A stretch of DNA of 63,797 bases, the filler included, from Bacteroidales bacterium (GTDB lineage Bacteria; Bacteroidota; Bacteroidia; Bacteroidales; CAIWKO01), in NCBI GenBank assembly GCA_035389045.1. It is 3 parts of 3 records of this genome, joined end to end, with 100 filler letters (N's around TTAATTAATTAA, not from the genome) between each part and the next. Parts side by side here need not be neighbours in the genome. Positions count along the whole stretch, not along the records: positions 1 to 28,839 come from DAOORA010000060.1; 2 more parts are not named here. One strand, 5' to 3'. The first letter of the stretch is position 1. The number at the start of each line of letters is the position of its first letter. The notes beneath the pieces are model-generated. The model made no database searches. It was not told where the DNA came from and saw nothing but the letters and a program-made list of their open reading frames with translations. The translations under genes were made by a program, and so were the position numbers. Shown one piece after another: positions 9,566 through 19,119 of the stretch.

Positions 9566-12500
9566 TCATTTATTAATAAGTTCTTTTAAATCATTGATCT
9601 GTTTTTGTAATGCTTCAATTTTATGGTCCTGGCCAGCAATGATTTTCTGTTGTTCCTGTATGGCTTTGACAAGTACCGGTGTTAATTTTTCGTAGCTCAT
9701 GCTCCAGAGTGTGTTTTCATCATTTTCCGGTTTGATGACTATTTCAGGAATTATTTTATAAATGTCTTGTGCGATAAAGCCGATATTGCTGACACCGGCA
9801 TTATCTATTACAATTTTACCGTTCTCCACCGTTGAGTTGTGTTGCAGGTAGCTTACAGGTTTTAGTTTCAGTACCGCATCAATACCGTAATTAATTTCTT
9901 TAACATCGCTTTTTAACCTTTTATCTGAATAGGTGGCCCAGGCGTAAGCCCTGGCCGATCCTGTGCCAATGGATCCGCTGTTGGGAAGTTCAATGGCATA
10001 AGTTGGGTTTGTTACTGATTGTATCCCGATGCGTCCGTTCTTGAAAATGATATTACCGTTTTGATAAATATAGATATAATCATCGTTGTTATTAGATCCA
10101 ATAGCTCCCTTATAATTGATACCGCCATAAAAACTTACCTCTGACAGATATGATGCATTTGCTGATACCCTAATTCGTGATGCCCCGTTTGTATTGTTTA
10201 CATGCAGGAGTTCTAATGGCGCTGAGGTATTAATACCCACATTGCCGTTTTTCATTACCGTCATTGCATTGTTTTCGTTCCCGACTCCGATTCCATTGCC
10301 GATCACAAAAAGGCGGTCGTTGATATTCCAGCTGGTTGCACTTGAAGGATTATAAAGTGTGTTACAGGCCCCGATAACAGTTTCACAGTAAGACGATGCT
10401 CCTGTATAATATCCCATAGCAGTAGATGCTTTTCCATAGGCAACCGTATTATCACCCATGGCCATGGATGCATCTCCGGAGGCGGATGTATTACTTCCCA
10501 TGGCTATGGAAGAATTTCCTGAAGCGGTTGAATAATATCCCATTGCTGTAGAATGAGTTCCTGAGGCGGTTGAATAATATCCCATTGCAGTAGAATAAGT
10601 TCCTGAAGCGGTTGAAATGTATCCAAAGGCGCTAGAACCACTGCCCAGGGCTTTTGTTAAATAACCCATGGCAACAGAGTGGCTTCCTGAAGCCGTACAC
10701 CATTGGCCCGAGGCAGTTGAATAATTTCCTTTAGCCCTGTTATTGGAACCAAAACCAACCGAAAAATATCCTGTACTATCAGTATCCCAATATGCCTCAG
10801 CAACATATCCTGCTCTGAAAGCGGCTTTATCAGGATACCACATCATGCGTGTACCTGCCCCTGATGCCGGTGCTGCACCCGGATTTGAAGATTTATAAGA
10901 ACCAACAAATAATACATTGCCACCGCCGGTTCCTATACCGAATGTTTGCAACAACGCTGTGGGTATAGAGGTTCCTATCCCAATACTAGTTCCATTATTA
11001 TAAAGCAAACTGCTGGCGAGCCAGGTACTGCCATCATGTCTGAGGGTCTGTCCTGTAATACCTGAAGGCATATAAGTGCCTGGGTTTTGCCAGGTGGCAT
11101 ATCCAATACCATCAGAGGTGAGAATCTTACCGGAGCCGGGTGTTCCGGCACCCTGAAAACGAACAGTACCCGTGGTATGCAATTGTGCAGAGGGTGTTGA
11201 TGTGCCAACGCCAGTGTTTCCGTTTTTAAGTACAGTTATGGCATCGCTTCTGGAATTCGTATCAGCGCCGTTTCCGATTACAAAAAGACGGTCTCCTGCG
11301 TACCAGGAACTTATGCCTGAAGGCGTGTAAACAGTATTACAACTTCCCAACCTGGACAAGCCAGAACCCAACAGGTTTTTGAATTTGAACAAAAATATTT
11401 CATTCTGTAATACCTGTTAACAATGAGATACAGAAAATCGTCAAAAATATTTTGCCAAAAAATACACAATTATTAAAGATAAGATACTAAAGCGATTTCG
11501 TTGTATGAAGCAGCATTGACATACTTTCCTATCGCTGCCGAATACGCACTTGTTGCTTTAGAATAGTATCCTAAGGCAATAGAAGACAATCCGGATGCAG
11601 TTGTGCCATTACCTAAAGATATGGAATGATCCCCTGAAGCAGTGGGTTGATAACCTAATGCAACTGATGCCTGTCCTGAAGCTTGTGAAAAATAACCTCC
11701 TGCAAAGGACCGCATACCCGAAGCAATTGTTGCATATCCATAAGCAAAGGATATATCTCCCGCAGCAGCTGCCCCATATCCGATGGCGGAGGAATACATT
11801 CCTGACGCATTCGTACTGTAGCCTAAAGCGGCGGAATACGTTCCTGATGCTCTTGTATTATAACCAAAAGCTACAGAATAACCGCCAACACTTGAGGTAT
11901 TCCAAACGTTATTATCCACAGTACCTGCCCTGAAAGCCGCTTTATCGGGATACCACATCATGCGGGTACCAGCGCCTTCCACTGGTGCAGCGCCTGGCGA
12001 TGATGCTTTATATTGACCGGTAAACACTACATTGCCTTCACCCGTACCGGCGCCGCTCGTATGGAGTAATGCAGCCGGAGTGGTGGTGCCTATGCCGATA
12101 CTGCTTCCATTATTATACAAAAAACTATTGGCTGTCCATGCCGTTCCATCATTCCTAAGGGTTTGCCCGGATAATCCTGCCATACCAATGACATTAGCTT
12201 TCTCGGCGTTCAGCGCATAGGGAACGCTCACCAGCTGGGTGACGCCAAAGATACTCCAGGTATATCCTCCCGATGGCCCGTCGGCATCGAGTTGTATTTC
12301 CAGGTATTTTTCGCCTGAAGTCCAGTTGATGGATGAGAAACTAGTGCTCGGGTTGTTTCCGCCACCGATTTTCAGACTCACAAGCCCGTACTGGTTGGTT
12401 AGCGCGTCATGGGTTTCATGGTACACGTCAGGGCCGGCAGATGATCCGTCACGTATGATCATCATAAGACTTACGCTCTGGCTGGCTAAAATATTTCCTG

Positions 12501-12603
12501 ATGAGTCACGCACCACTGCCTGATAACTGATTTTTTGAGGAGCTTGTGCAAGTACAATTGCTGAAAGCAAAGTATACAATGTGAAAAGTAAGTGTTTTTT
12601 CAT
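9566..12603 (-). pseudogene. Fibre gene C, interrupted by a 140-bp insertion (965 aa if restored)
   Basis: ORF 11473-12603 (signal peptide, N-domain, head repeats) and ORF 9566-11392 (head repeats, SDKRLK S74 domain) join as ...SYNEIAL-GSCNTVYTP..., matching FCEFVVGSCNTTYTP in gene B. 3038-140=2898 nt=966 codons. Confidence 0.9.
11347..11486 (-). mobile_element. 140-bp non-autonomous insertion element with a subterminal hairpin
   Basis: Minus strand: GCT TTA G|TATCTTATC...GGTTCTGGCTTGTCCAGGTTGG|GA AGT TGT. AT-rich, no terminal inverted repeats, imperfect TTAG/TTGG 4-bp repeat at the junctions, CTGG-CTTGT-CCAG hairpin near the end. Confidence 0.8.
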
Positions 12604-12994
12604 AAAAAAAATTTTAAATTGAGATCATTCCAAAAATCAAAATTGAGAATATCAGCTTTGCTTATTCAAAAAAACGAGCTGATTTAGTGCGAATACATCT
12701 TGGATTCAGCGCAAAAAAAACAGTTGCAATTCAATTAATAAAATCGGCTTTTTGGAGTGGACTCAGCATTTTTTATAAAAATATAAAAAAAACAGTAGGC
12801 CATAAAGATTTCCGCAAAAAAATTATCAACGCTTTAGAAATTTATCCAAATATTAAAACACAATTCTTTTCAGTGAAATCTTGTATGCGTGTTTACGGAT
12901 TTATTAAATTAGTATAAATATAAAATATATGATTTACATAAAATCATTTACCAGCCTGTTATAAGAGTTATCAGTAATATCAGGTGTTTTAAGG

Positions 12995-15490
12995 TTATTT
13001 ACTGGTTACCTCGTTTTTCGGGTTTGCATCACCGGTTTCTTTAGAGGCATTTATGGTTTTAAGTTTTTCAAGTTCAGATTTAAGACTAATAATTTCAGTT
13101 ATCAGTGATTCAATAATTTCCTGTTGTTTTATATTATCGCGTGCGAGTTGCTGGACACCTGCCAGTGCTATGCCATCAGGATCAAGGGAATTGATGTGTT
13201 TATTATCCTCTCCTAATCCGAAAGCCGCAAAGAAATCCTGTGCCATGGGGCCGACATGCTCTATACCCGGGTCCTGTGCCTTATAACTCCATCGACTTAT
13301 AGGCACCTGCATAAGTTTAGCAAGGATGTCGCTTCCATCAACAGGGCGGATATTATGTTTAAGCGTGCTGTCGGATACTGCCGACCAGGAACTGCCTCCG
13401 GCAGCAAGCAAAACGCCGGCTGTCAGGCCTCCATTGGTAAATACTCTCATGCCTCCGGTAGCTCGTATTGTGAACTGATTATTGGCTGATGATGCTATAT
13501 TGGCATTGTATGAATCACCGAACACTGTGGAACCCATATGCCGGGCTTTGGCTCTGTAACCTGCTGCAAAGCTGTAGCTGCCCGCTGCAACATTCAGATA
13601 TCCGCCGGGGATGGTTGAATATGCTCCGCCTGTGGAATCTGTGTCTCCACCTCCGATAACGGATTCATACCCGTGAGCTATGTTGCCGTAACCACCCCCA
13701 ATCACAGCATAACTGGCAGTTGTGGTAATCGTGTTGTAATAACCACCGCCAATAAATCCGCGGGAACCCATAGAGTTGTTTTTACGGCCACCGCCTACGA
13801 AAGCAGCAGAGCCACTTGCCGTATTTTCATCACCCCCGCCCACGACAGACATATCGCCGCTTGCATTGCTGTGATAACCGCCGCTGGCAGTTGCATAGCT
13901 ATTGGTTGCCTTGTTATAATAACCGCCACCGACAGTGGCTCCCAAACCGCTTGCGCTGTTATAATAACCCCCGCTTAGAGTTGAATAGGTGTTGCTTGAT
14001 CTGTTATAAGCGCCACCACCAATAACTGAATATTGTCCGGAAGCCACATGAATAGCAGAATCTCTTATTGTTTGCAGATCAATGGCTCCTTTCCCCCTTA
14101 CATTACCGGCCACGATGCCATTTCCGAAACCTGTTGTCTGGATTTCCCCTTTTGATTTGATCATCAAGCCACTGTCTCCAACCTGCAAAAGAGCGCCTGG
14201 TGTTGTGGTTCTGATACCGACCTTGCGTGAATAGATGATACATGAATTAGACTGCGTTATATTCAAAGGATTTTTTGAGATTCCCAGAGCAAAAGAACTA
14301 TCTGCTGCGTCAGTGAGTCGCATATTACTTCCTCCTGCCCAGGAAAAATCTCCTGCTGCAGTATTTTGAGTTCCACCGGTAACCGTTGCATAAATACCGC
14401 TGGCGTTATTAGCGTAGCCTCCGCTGATAGTTGCCCATGAAGTATCAGCAGTATTATTATCACCACCGCCAATAGCAGATTCATAACCGCTTGCTTGGTT
14501 AAAATATCCGCCTGCAACGGTTGAATAGCTATTGGATGCATGGTTGGAATAACCTCCTCCTACAGTTCCGCGAAAACCGCTTGCCACATTATAGCGTCCG
14601 CCACTGACAGTAGCCGCCGCTCCGCTTGCAGTATTATTATCACCTCCTCCGATGCATGCAATGGTGCCACTTGCCTGATTATAATATCCTCCGCTTATGG
14701 TGGCATAACTGTTATTTGCTGTGTTGTTCATGCCTCCGCTGATGGTTGCATAGAGACTGCTGGCTTTGTTTGAATAACCTCCTCCGAGAACAGCGTACTG
14801 ACCCGAAGCTATCATTGTTGCCGAATCCCTTCTTGTTTGAAGATCAATAGCACCAATGCCTCTGGCGTTGCCAGCCACGGTACCGTTACCTACGCCAATG
14901 GTCTGTATTTCACCTTTTGATCTGATAACCAGGCCGCTGTCACCCACATGTAAAAGAGCAGAAGGGGTGGATGTTCCTATCCCGACGTTTTTGCCATTAT
15001 TAAGCAGATTGCTATTGGCAATCCATGATGTTCCGTCATGACGGATGGTCTGCCCTGAAGTGCCTGTCAAACCCAGACCATTTGTTTTTTCGGCATAGAG
15101 TGCATACGGTACGCTTAGTAACTGTGTAGTGCCAAAATAGGTCCAGGTATAGCCTCCTGTAGGTCCGTTGGCATCAAACAGTATCTCGAGATATTTATCT
15201 CCTGAACTCCAATTGATAGAAGAGAAACTTGTACTTGGGTTAACCCCGTTGCCTATCTGCAAAATGACCAGTCCATATTGATTTGTTGTAGCATCATGGG
15301 TTTCGTGATAAAGATCAGTGCCTCCCGGTAACCCCTCCCTGATAGTTAAAAAGAAACTCACTGAATGGTTTATTATTATATTCCCGGACGAATCGCGTAC
15401 CACGGACTGATAGTTGATCTTTTGAGGGCTTTGTGCAAGTACAATTGCCGAAAGCAAAGTATACAATGTGAAAAGTAAGTGTTTTTTCAT
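12995..15490 (-). CDS. Fibre gene D: secreted fibre-like protein with 15-aa GGG-type repeats and a divergent Peptidase_S74 domain
   Basis: Signal peptide identical to gene C; N-domain ...SVPYALYA; repeats ASGxxATVGGGYYNx; SDSTLKHNI...HVGPMAQDF; coiled coil. Confidence 0.88.
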   Translation of the reverse strand: MKKHLLFTLYTLLSAIVLAQSPQKINYQSVVRDSSGNIIINHSVSFFLTIREGLPGGTDLYHETHDATTNQYGLVILQIGNGVNPSTSFSSINWSSGDKYLEILFDANGPTGGYTWTYFGTTQLLSVPYALYAEKTNGLGLTGTSGQTIRHDGTSWIANSNLLNNGKNVGIGTSTPSALLHVGDSGLVIRSKGEIQTIGVGNGTVAGNARGIGAIDLQTRRDSATMIASGQYAVLGGGYSNKASSLYATISGGMNNTANNSYATISGGYYNQASGTIACIGGGDNNTASGAAATVSGGRYNVASGFRGTVGGGYSNHASNSYSTVAGGYFNQASGYESAIGGGDNNTADTSWATISGGYANNASGIYATVTGGTQNTAAGDFSWAGGSNMRLTDAADSSFALGISKNPLNITQSNSCIIYSRKVGIRTTTPGALLQVGDSGLMIKSKGEIQTTGFGNGIVAGNVRGKGAIDLQTIRDSAIHVASGQYSVIGGGAYNRSSNTYSTLSGGYYNSASGLGATVGGGYYNKATNSYATASGGYHSNASGDMSVVGGGDENTASGSAAFVGGGRKNNSMGSRGFIGGGYYNTITTTASYAVIGGGYGNIAHGYESVIGGGDTDSTGGAYSTIPGGYLNVAAGSYSFAAGYRAKARHMGSTVFGDSYNANIASSANNQFTIRATGGMRVFTNGGLTAGVLLAAGGSSWSAVSDSTLKHNIRPVDGSDILAKLMQVPISRWSYKAQDPGIEHVGPMAQDFFAAFGLGEDNKHINSLDPDGIALAGVQQLARDNIKQQEIIESLITEIISLKSELEKLKTINASKETGDANPKNEVTSK

Positions 15491-15784
15491 AATGATTATA
15501 TTATTTTTTTATAAAAATAAGATAAAATATGGAATAATCGTGAAAATTAACAAAAAATTACAAAATATTATTAAACACCAGGTAAATTAGACTTTTTTAT
15601 GTAGTGTATAAATGGGGGGTGAAAAGTCAGGTAAATAAGCTAGATTTATAAACCTATTTCCAGTCATTATTAATCCCTTTACAAAAAGGTGACTTAGGGT
15701 GTTATGCTAATTCCCTGTAACTTCCATTGGAAGCAATCAAATCATTTTTTTTGTGGATCTGAACCAAATATTATCAAAAATAAA

Positions 15785-15816
15785 TTTGCATTATGAACGC
15801 AGGTTCATTACCTTTG
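15785..15816 (+). promoter_or_regulatory. Bacteroidota primary-sigma promoter with a palindromic operator in the spacer
   Basis: TTTG (15785-15788), 20-nt spacer, TACCTTTG (15809-15816) fit the -33/-7 consensus; ATGAAC-N4-GTTCAT at 15793-15808. Confidence 0.7.
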
Positions 15817-15835
15817 TCGAAATTTATTTATAAAA

Positions 15836-15963
15836 ATGAATGATTTTGATCTGAAAGCACAGGAATGGGATAAAAATCCTATTCACATGGAACGCTCGAT
15901 AGCCATTGCAAACGGCATACTAATTCTATACCATTAGAGCAAAACATGAGTGCAATGGAATAC
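15836..15963 (+). pseudogene. Truncated, frameshifted remnant of a class I SAM-dependent methyltransferase N-terminus
   Basis: MNDFDLKAQEWDKNPIHMERSIAIANGIL, then in a shifted frame SIPLEQNMSAMEY, ending where a GxGTG SAM motif would follow. Family assignment is from recall. Confidence 0.6.
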
Positions 15964-16001
15964 CCTGTTTTTATATTAACCTCTAAACGCCTTTAAACCT
16001 T

Positions 16002-16418
16002 ATGCCACGACCACAAAGAAGCAGAATAGTTTGTACTCCGCCCCAAATGATCGGGTACAAGCCTTACGGACTGAAAAAATGCAAGAAGGAACGCGTTGTC
16101 CTTAATTATGATGAATTTGAGGGTTTTAAATATATGAACTATGACAACCTTCCGCAAGATGAAGCTGCTTTAAGAATGGGGATTTCAAGGCCGACGTTTA
16201 CACGTTTGTATAATAACGCTTTGAAAAAAATCGCCACTGCATTTGTCGAGGGAAAATCAATAGAAATTGAAGGAGGAAATGTGAAATTTGAAAGTGACTG
16301 GCTCCGGTGCATGAAATGCTATAAATTAATAAACGGGAGACAAAATCATGTGCAATGTGCGAACTGCGAACTTTTTGATAAAGAAGAATTAGTTGATCTG
16401 AATAGGACAAAACAATGA
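16002..16418 (+). CDS. DUF134 (UPF0251) predicted DNA-binding protein with C-terminal CxxC...CxxC
   Basis: MPRPQRSR..., YKP, HTH QDEAALRMGISRPTF, EGKSIEIEGG, CMKC/CANC. Confidence 0.9.
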   Translation: MPRPQRSRIVCTPPQMIGYKPYGLKKCKKERVVLNYDEFEGFKYMNYDNLPQDEAALRMGISRPTFTRLYNNALKKIATAFVEGKSIEIEGGNVKFESDWLRCMKCYKLINGRQNHVQCANCELFDKEELVDLNRTKQ

Positions 16419-16726
16419 AAATAGCCGTCGCAACTTCAGGAAATACTATGGAATCAAAACTTGATTATTGCTTTAGCAAATGCAGTTATTTCATGATCTG
16501 TGATACTGAAAGTTCAAAGATAGATTTTATTAGAAATCCGGTGGGATACTTTTCTATTAGTGCCGGAAAAGCGATTATTAAATTATTGTCAAAACATCAG
16601 ATAGAAAAGATAGTATCCGTGAAGTTTGGAATAAAGTCCATGAAGGCAGCAGAAAAAATCAAAATTAAAGTACAAATCATAAATGATGAAACAATAAATA
16701 TGAACCAATTAATAAAACTAATTTAA
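16415..16726 (+). CDS. NifB/NifX family FeMo-cofactor-binding domain protein (divergent)
   Basis: MKIAVAT...FSKCSYFMICD...NP...AG...FG; ATGA overlap with DUF134 gene. Confidence 0.8.
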   Translation: MKIAVATSGNTMESKLDYCFSKCSYFMICDTESSKIDFIRNPVGYFSISAGKAIIKLLSKHQIEKIVSVKFGIKSMKAAEKIKIKVQIINDETINMNQLIKLI

Positions 16727-16747
16727 AAAAACGAGGAGAATATTTTT

Positions 16748-17104
16748 ATGAAAGTAGCCGTACCGACAAGACAGGGACAAGTAGATGACCATTTTGGCCA
16801 TTGCGAATATTACACAATTTTCACCATCGAGAACGGGAAAGTTGAAAAACAAGAAATGATGGAATCACCCATAGGATGCGGGTGCAAATCAAATATAGCG
16901 CCGATGTTAGCACAGATGGGAGTTAAAGTGATGCTCGCAGGGAATATGGGCGAGGGTGCATTATGCATTTTATCTGATAGCGGAATACAGGTTTACAGGG
17001 GCTGTTTTGGAGATGTGGAAAATGTGATCAGCAATTACCTGGAAAATAACATCAAGGACAGCGGTATTGGCTGCACCAACCATGAGGGATGTGATAAACA
17101 CTGA
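16748..17104 (+). CDS. NifB/NifX family protein
   Basis: MKVAVPT...VDDHFGHCEYY...GCGCKS...LAGNMGEGA; C-terminal CTNHEGCDKH. Confidence 0.9.
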   Translation: MKVAVPTRQGQVDDHFGHCEYYTIFTIENGKVEKQEMMESPIGCGCKSNIAPMLAQMGVKVMLAGNMGEGALCILSDSGIQVYRGCFGDVENVISNYLENNIKDSGIGCTNHEGCDKH

Positions 17105-17514
17105 GAAGATATTCACACATTTATCCGAAATAAGGGTTGGCTATGCGGAAACAGACCAAATGGGATTTGTTCATCATTCAAATTATGTGAAATATTATGA
17201 AACCGCACGGTGGGAGGCAATGCGTGAACTGGGATTATGCTACAAAGACATAGAGAAAAAAAGGTATATATATGCCGGTCATCTCCATGAAATTTGATTT
17301 TATCAAGCCTGCCTTCTATGACGATTTGCTGACTGTAAAAACAATGATCAATGAATTACCAAGAGCCAGGATCAAATTTAAATATGAGCTGACCAATCAT
17401 TCAGGAGTTCTGATAAATACTGCAGAAATCACCCTGGCATTTATCATGAAGGAAACGCTCAGGCCATGCCTACCACCGGAATATTTTACAAATACCTTAA
17501 AAGATTTTTTTTAA
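17091..17514 (+). pseudogene. YbgC/FadM-type acyl-CoA thioesterase, frameshifted at an A7 run (start uncertain)
   Basis: RVGYAETDQMGFVHHSNYVKYYE in one frame, MPV...FIKPAFYDD in the next; A6 in place of A7 at 17256-17262 gives IEKKGIYMPV. Confidence 0.8.
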
Positions 17515-17539
17515 TACACAATTTAAACGAATAAAATAT

Positions 17540-18721
17540 ATGGACACAAAGAAATCAGGTTTTAATACCAAATTAATTCATGCCGGAGGATTTGATGACG
17601 AATTTGGCAGTGCAACAGTACCTATTTATCAAACATCAACATTTCGGTTTAAAAATGCACAACACGGGGCCGACTGTTTTTCAGGAAAAAGCAATGGATA
17701 TATTTACACCCGTATCGCCAATCCTACCATTCGCGCACTTGAACAAAATATTGCAGCACTTGAAAATGGTTACGATGGAATAGCAACCAGTTCCGGAATG
17801 GGAGCTATCAGCAGCGTATATATGTCGCTGTTAGGCGCAGGAAGCCATATCGTCAGTTCTGATGCCGTGTATGGGCCTGCCCGAGGTGTGCTTGAACAGG
17901 ATTTTTCAAGATTCGGGGTTGAGTCAAGTTTTGTAAACACTTCCAATATTGAAAATATCAAAGCAGCCATCAAGCCCAATACCAAAGTCCTGTATATTGA
18001 AACACCCGCGAATCCTACCATGGATATTACCGACATTGCCGCGTGTGCAGAAATTGCCGGAGAGCACAAGCTGATTCTGGTCGTGGACAATACCTTTTCA
18101 TCACCCTGTTTACAAAAGCCCCTTGATTTTGGCGCTGATGTCGTATTGCATTCTGTTACCAAATTCATCAACGGTCATGCGGATATCGTTGGTGGCATTA
18201 TCGTTACGAAAGACCCTGAAATTTATAAAAAAATCCGTCATTCAATGGTGTATATGGGTTGTAATATGGACCCGACACAAGCATTTATGGTTTTACGCGG
18301 AGTTAAAACACTGGCATTACGCATAGAACGTTCCCAGGAAAGCGCCATGAAAATTGCAAAATACCTGCAATCTCACCCTAAAATTGCATGGATAAAATAT
18401 CCCGGATTAGTATCACACCCGCAATATGAACTGGCAAAAAAACAAATGAGTGGATTTGGCGGCATGATGAGTTTCGGGGTAAAAGGCGGATATGAAGCCG
18501 GAAGTAAACTGATGGACAATGTTCACCTGGCATTATTAGCCGTTTCATTAGGCGGTGTTGAAACACTGATTCAGCATCCGGCCTCCATGACACATGCAGC
18601 GGTGAGCAAAGAAAACAAACTGGCCGCCGGCATAACTGATGATCTGGTAAGATTTTCTGTAGGAATCGAAGACGTGGAAGATATTATTGCTGACCTGCAA
18701 AATGCATTAGAAAAAGTTTAA
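17540..18721 (+). CDS. megL: PLP-dependent Cys/Met metabolism enzyme, most like methionine gamma-lyase
   Basis: [49 protein letters not shown] (PLP Lys), [19 protein letters not shown]. Confidence 0.8.
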   Translation: MDTKKSGFNTKLIHAGGFDDEFGSATVPIYQTSTFRFKNAQHGADCFSGKSNGYIYTRIANPTIRALEQNIAALENGYDGIATSSGMGAISSVYMSLLGAGSHIVSSDAVYGPARGVLEQDFSRFGVESSFVNTSNIENIKAAIKPNTKVLYIETPANPTMDITDIAACAEIAGEHKLILVVDNTFSSPCLQKPLDFGADVVLHSVTKFINGHADIVGGIIVTKDPEIYKKIRHSMVYMGCNMDPTQAFMVLRGVKTLALRIERSQESAMKIAKYLQSHPKIAWIKYPGLVSHPQYELAKKQMSGFGGMMSFGVKGGYEAGSKLMDNVHLALLAVSLGGVETLIQHPASMTHAAVSKENKLAAGITDDLVRFSVGIEDVEDIIADLQNALEKV

Positions 18722-18795
18722 CCTGTCATCATGAATATCATCATAATTTTTGATAGCAGTGAACGATTTTATCAAAAGATAAGGAGAAACAAACC

Positions 18796-19119
18796 ATGAA
18801 AATAGCAATTCCAACAAACGGCAACATTTTAGACGAGTATTTTGATTTTTGTGAGGTCTTTACAATTTTCACGATTGATAATGAAAACAACATCATCGAA
18901 ACAGAAATACTATACACACCTCAGGGATGTGATTGTAAAAACAATGTGCCTTACTTGTTGCAGGAAAAGGGGGTAACTATTGTTCTTGCCGGCAAATTAC
19001 CTGAACATGCAGACGGAGTGTGTGAAAAATTTGGCATTAAGCCATTTTTAGGATATTCTGGAGTTGTAGTTGAAGTTGTAAAAACATATTTAGAGTCTGA
19101 ACGGAAACGAAGTGTTTGA
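18796..19119 (+). CDS. NifB/NifX family protein
   Basis: Paralogue of 16748-17104 (MKIAIPT...CEVFTIFTI...QGCDCKNN...VLAG); last codons lie within the downstream MITE-like element. Confidence 0.85.
   Translation: MKIAIPTNGNILDEYFDFCEVFTIFTIDNENNIIETEILYTPQGCDCKNNVPYLLQEKGVTIVLAGKLPEHADGVCEKFGIKPFLGYSGVVVEVVKTYLESERKRSV

Noticed and set aside
11352..11487. GT...AG spliceosomal-like intron reading of the insert
   Set aside because: Bacterial context, and joining at GT/AG gives GTT GGG AAG TTG TAA (out of frame). It is also too short for a group I or II intron.
12687..12917. 76-aa plus-strand ORF between fibre genes
   Set aside because: AT-rich intergenic sequence, GTG start, no recognisable motif.
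1712..15490. Prophage tail module, diversity-generating retroelement or shufflon
   Set aside because: Signal peptides are present and no phage genes are seen; no reverse transcriptase or adenine-specific TR/VR pair; all copies are co-oriented with no invertase.
17256..17263. A_AAA_AAG programmed -1 frameshift in the thioesterase
   Set aside because: Restoring the frame needs +1, not -1.
16415..19119. Nitrogen fixation cluster
   Set aside because: Only stand-alone NifX-like domains; no nifHDK/ENB.
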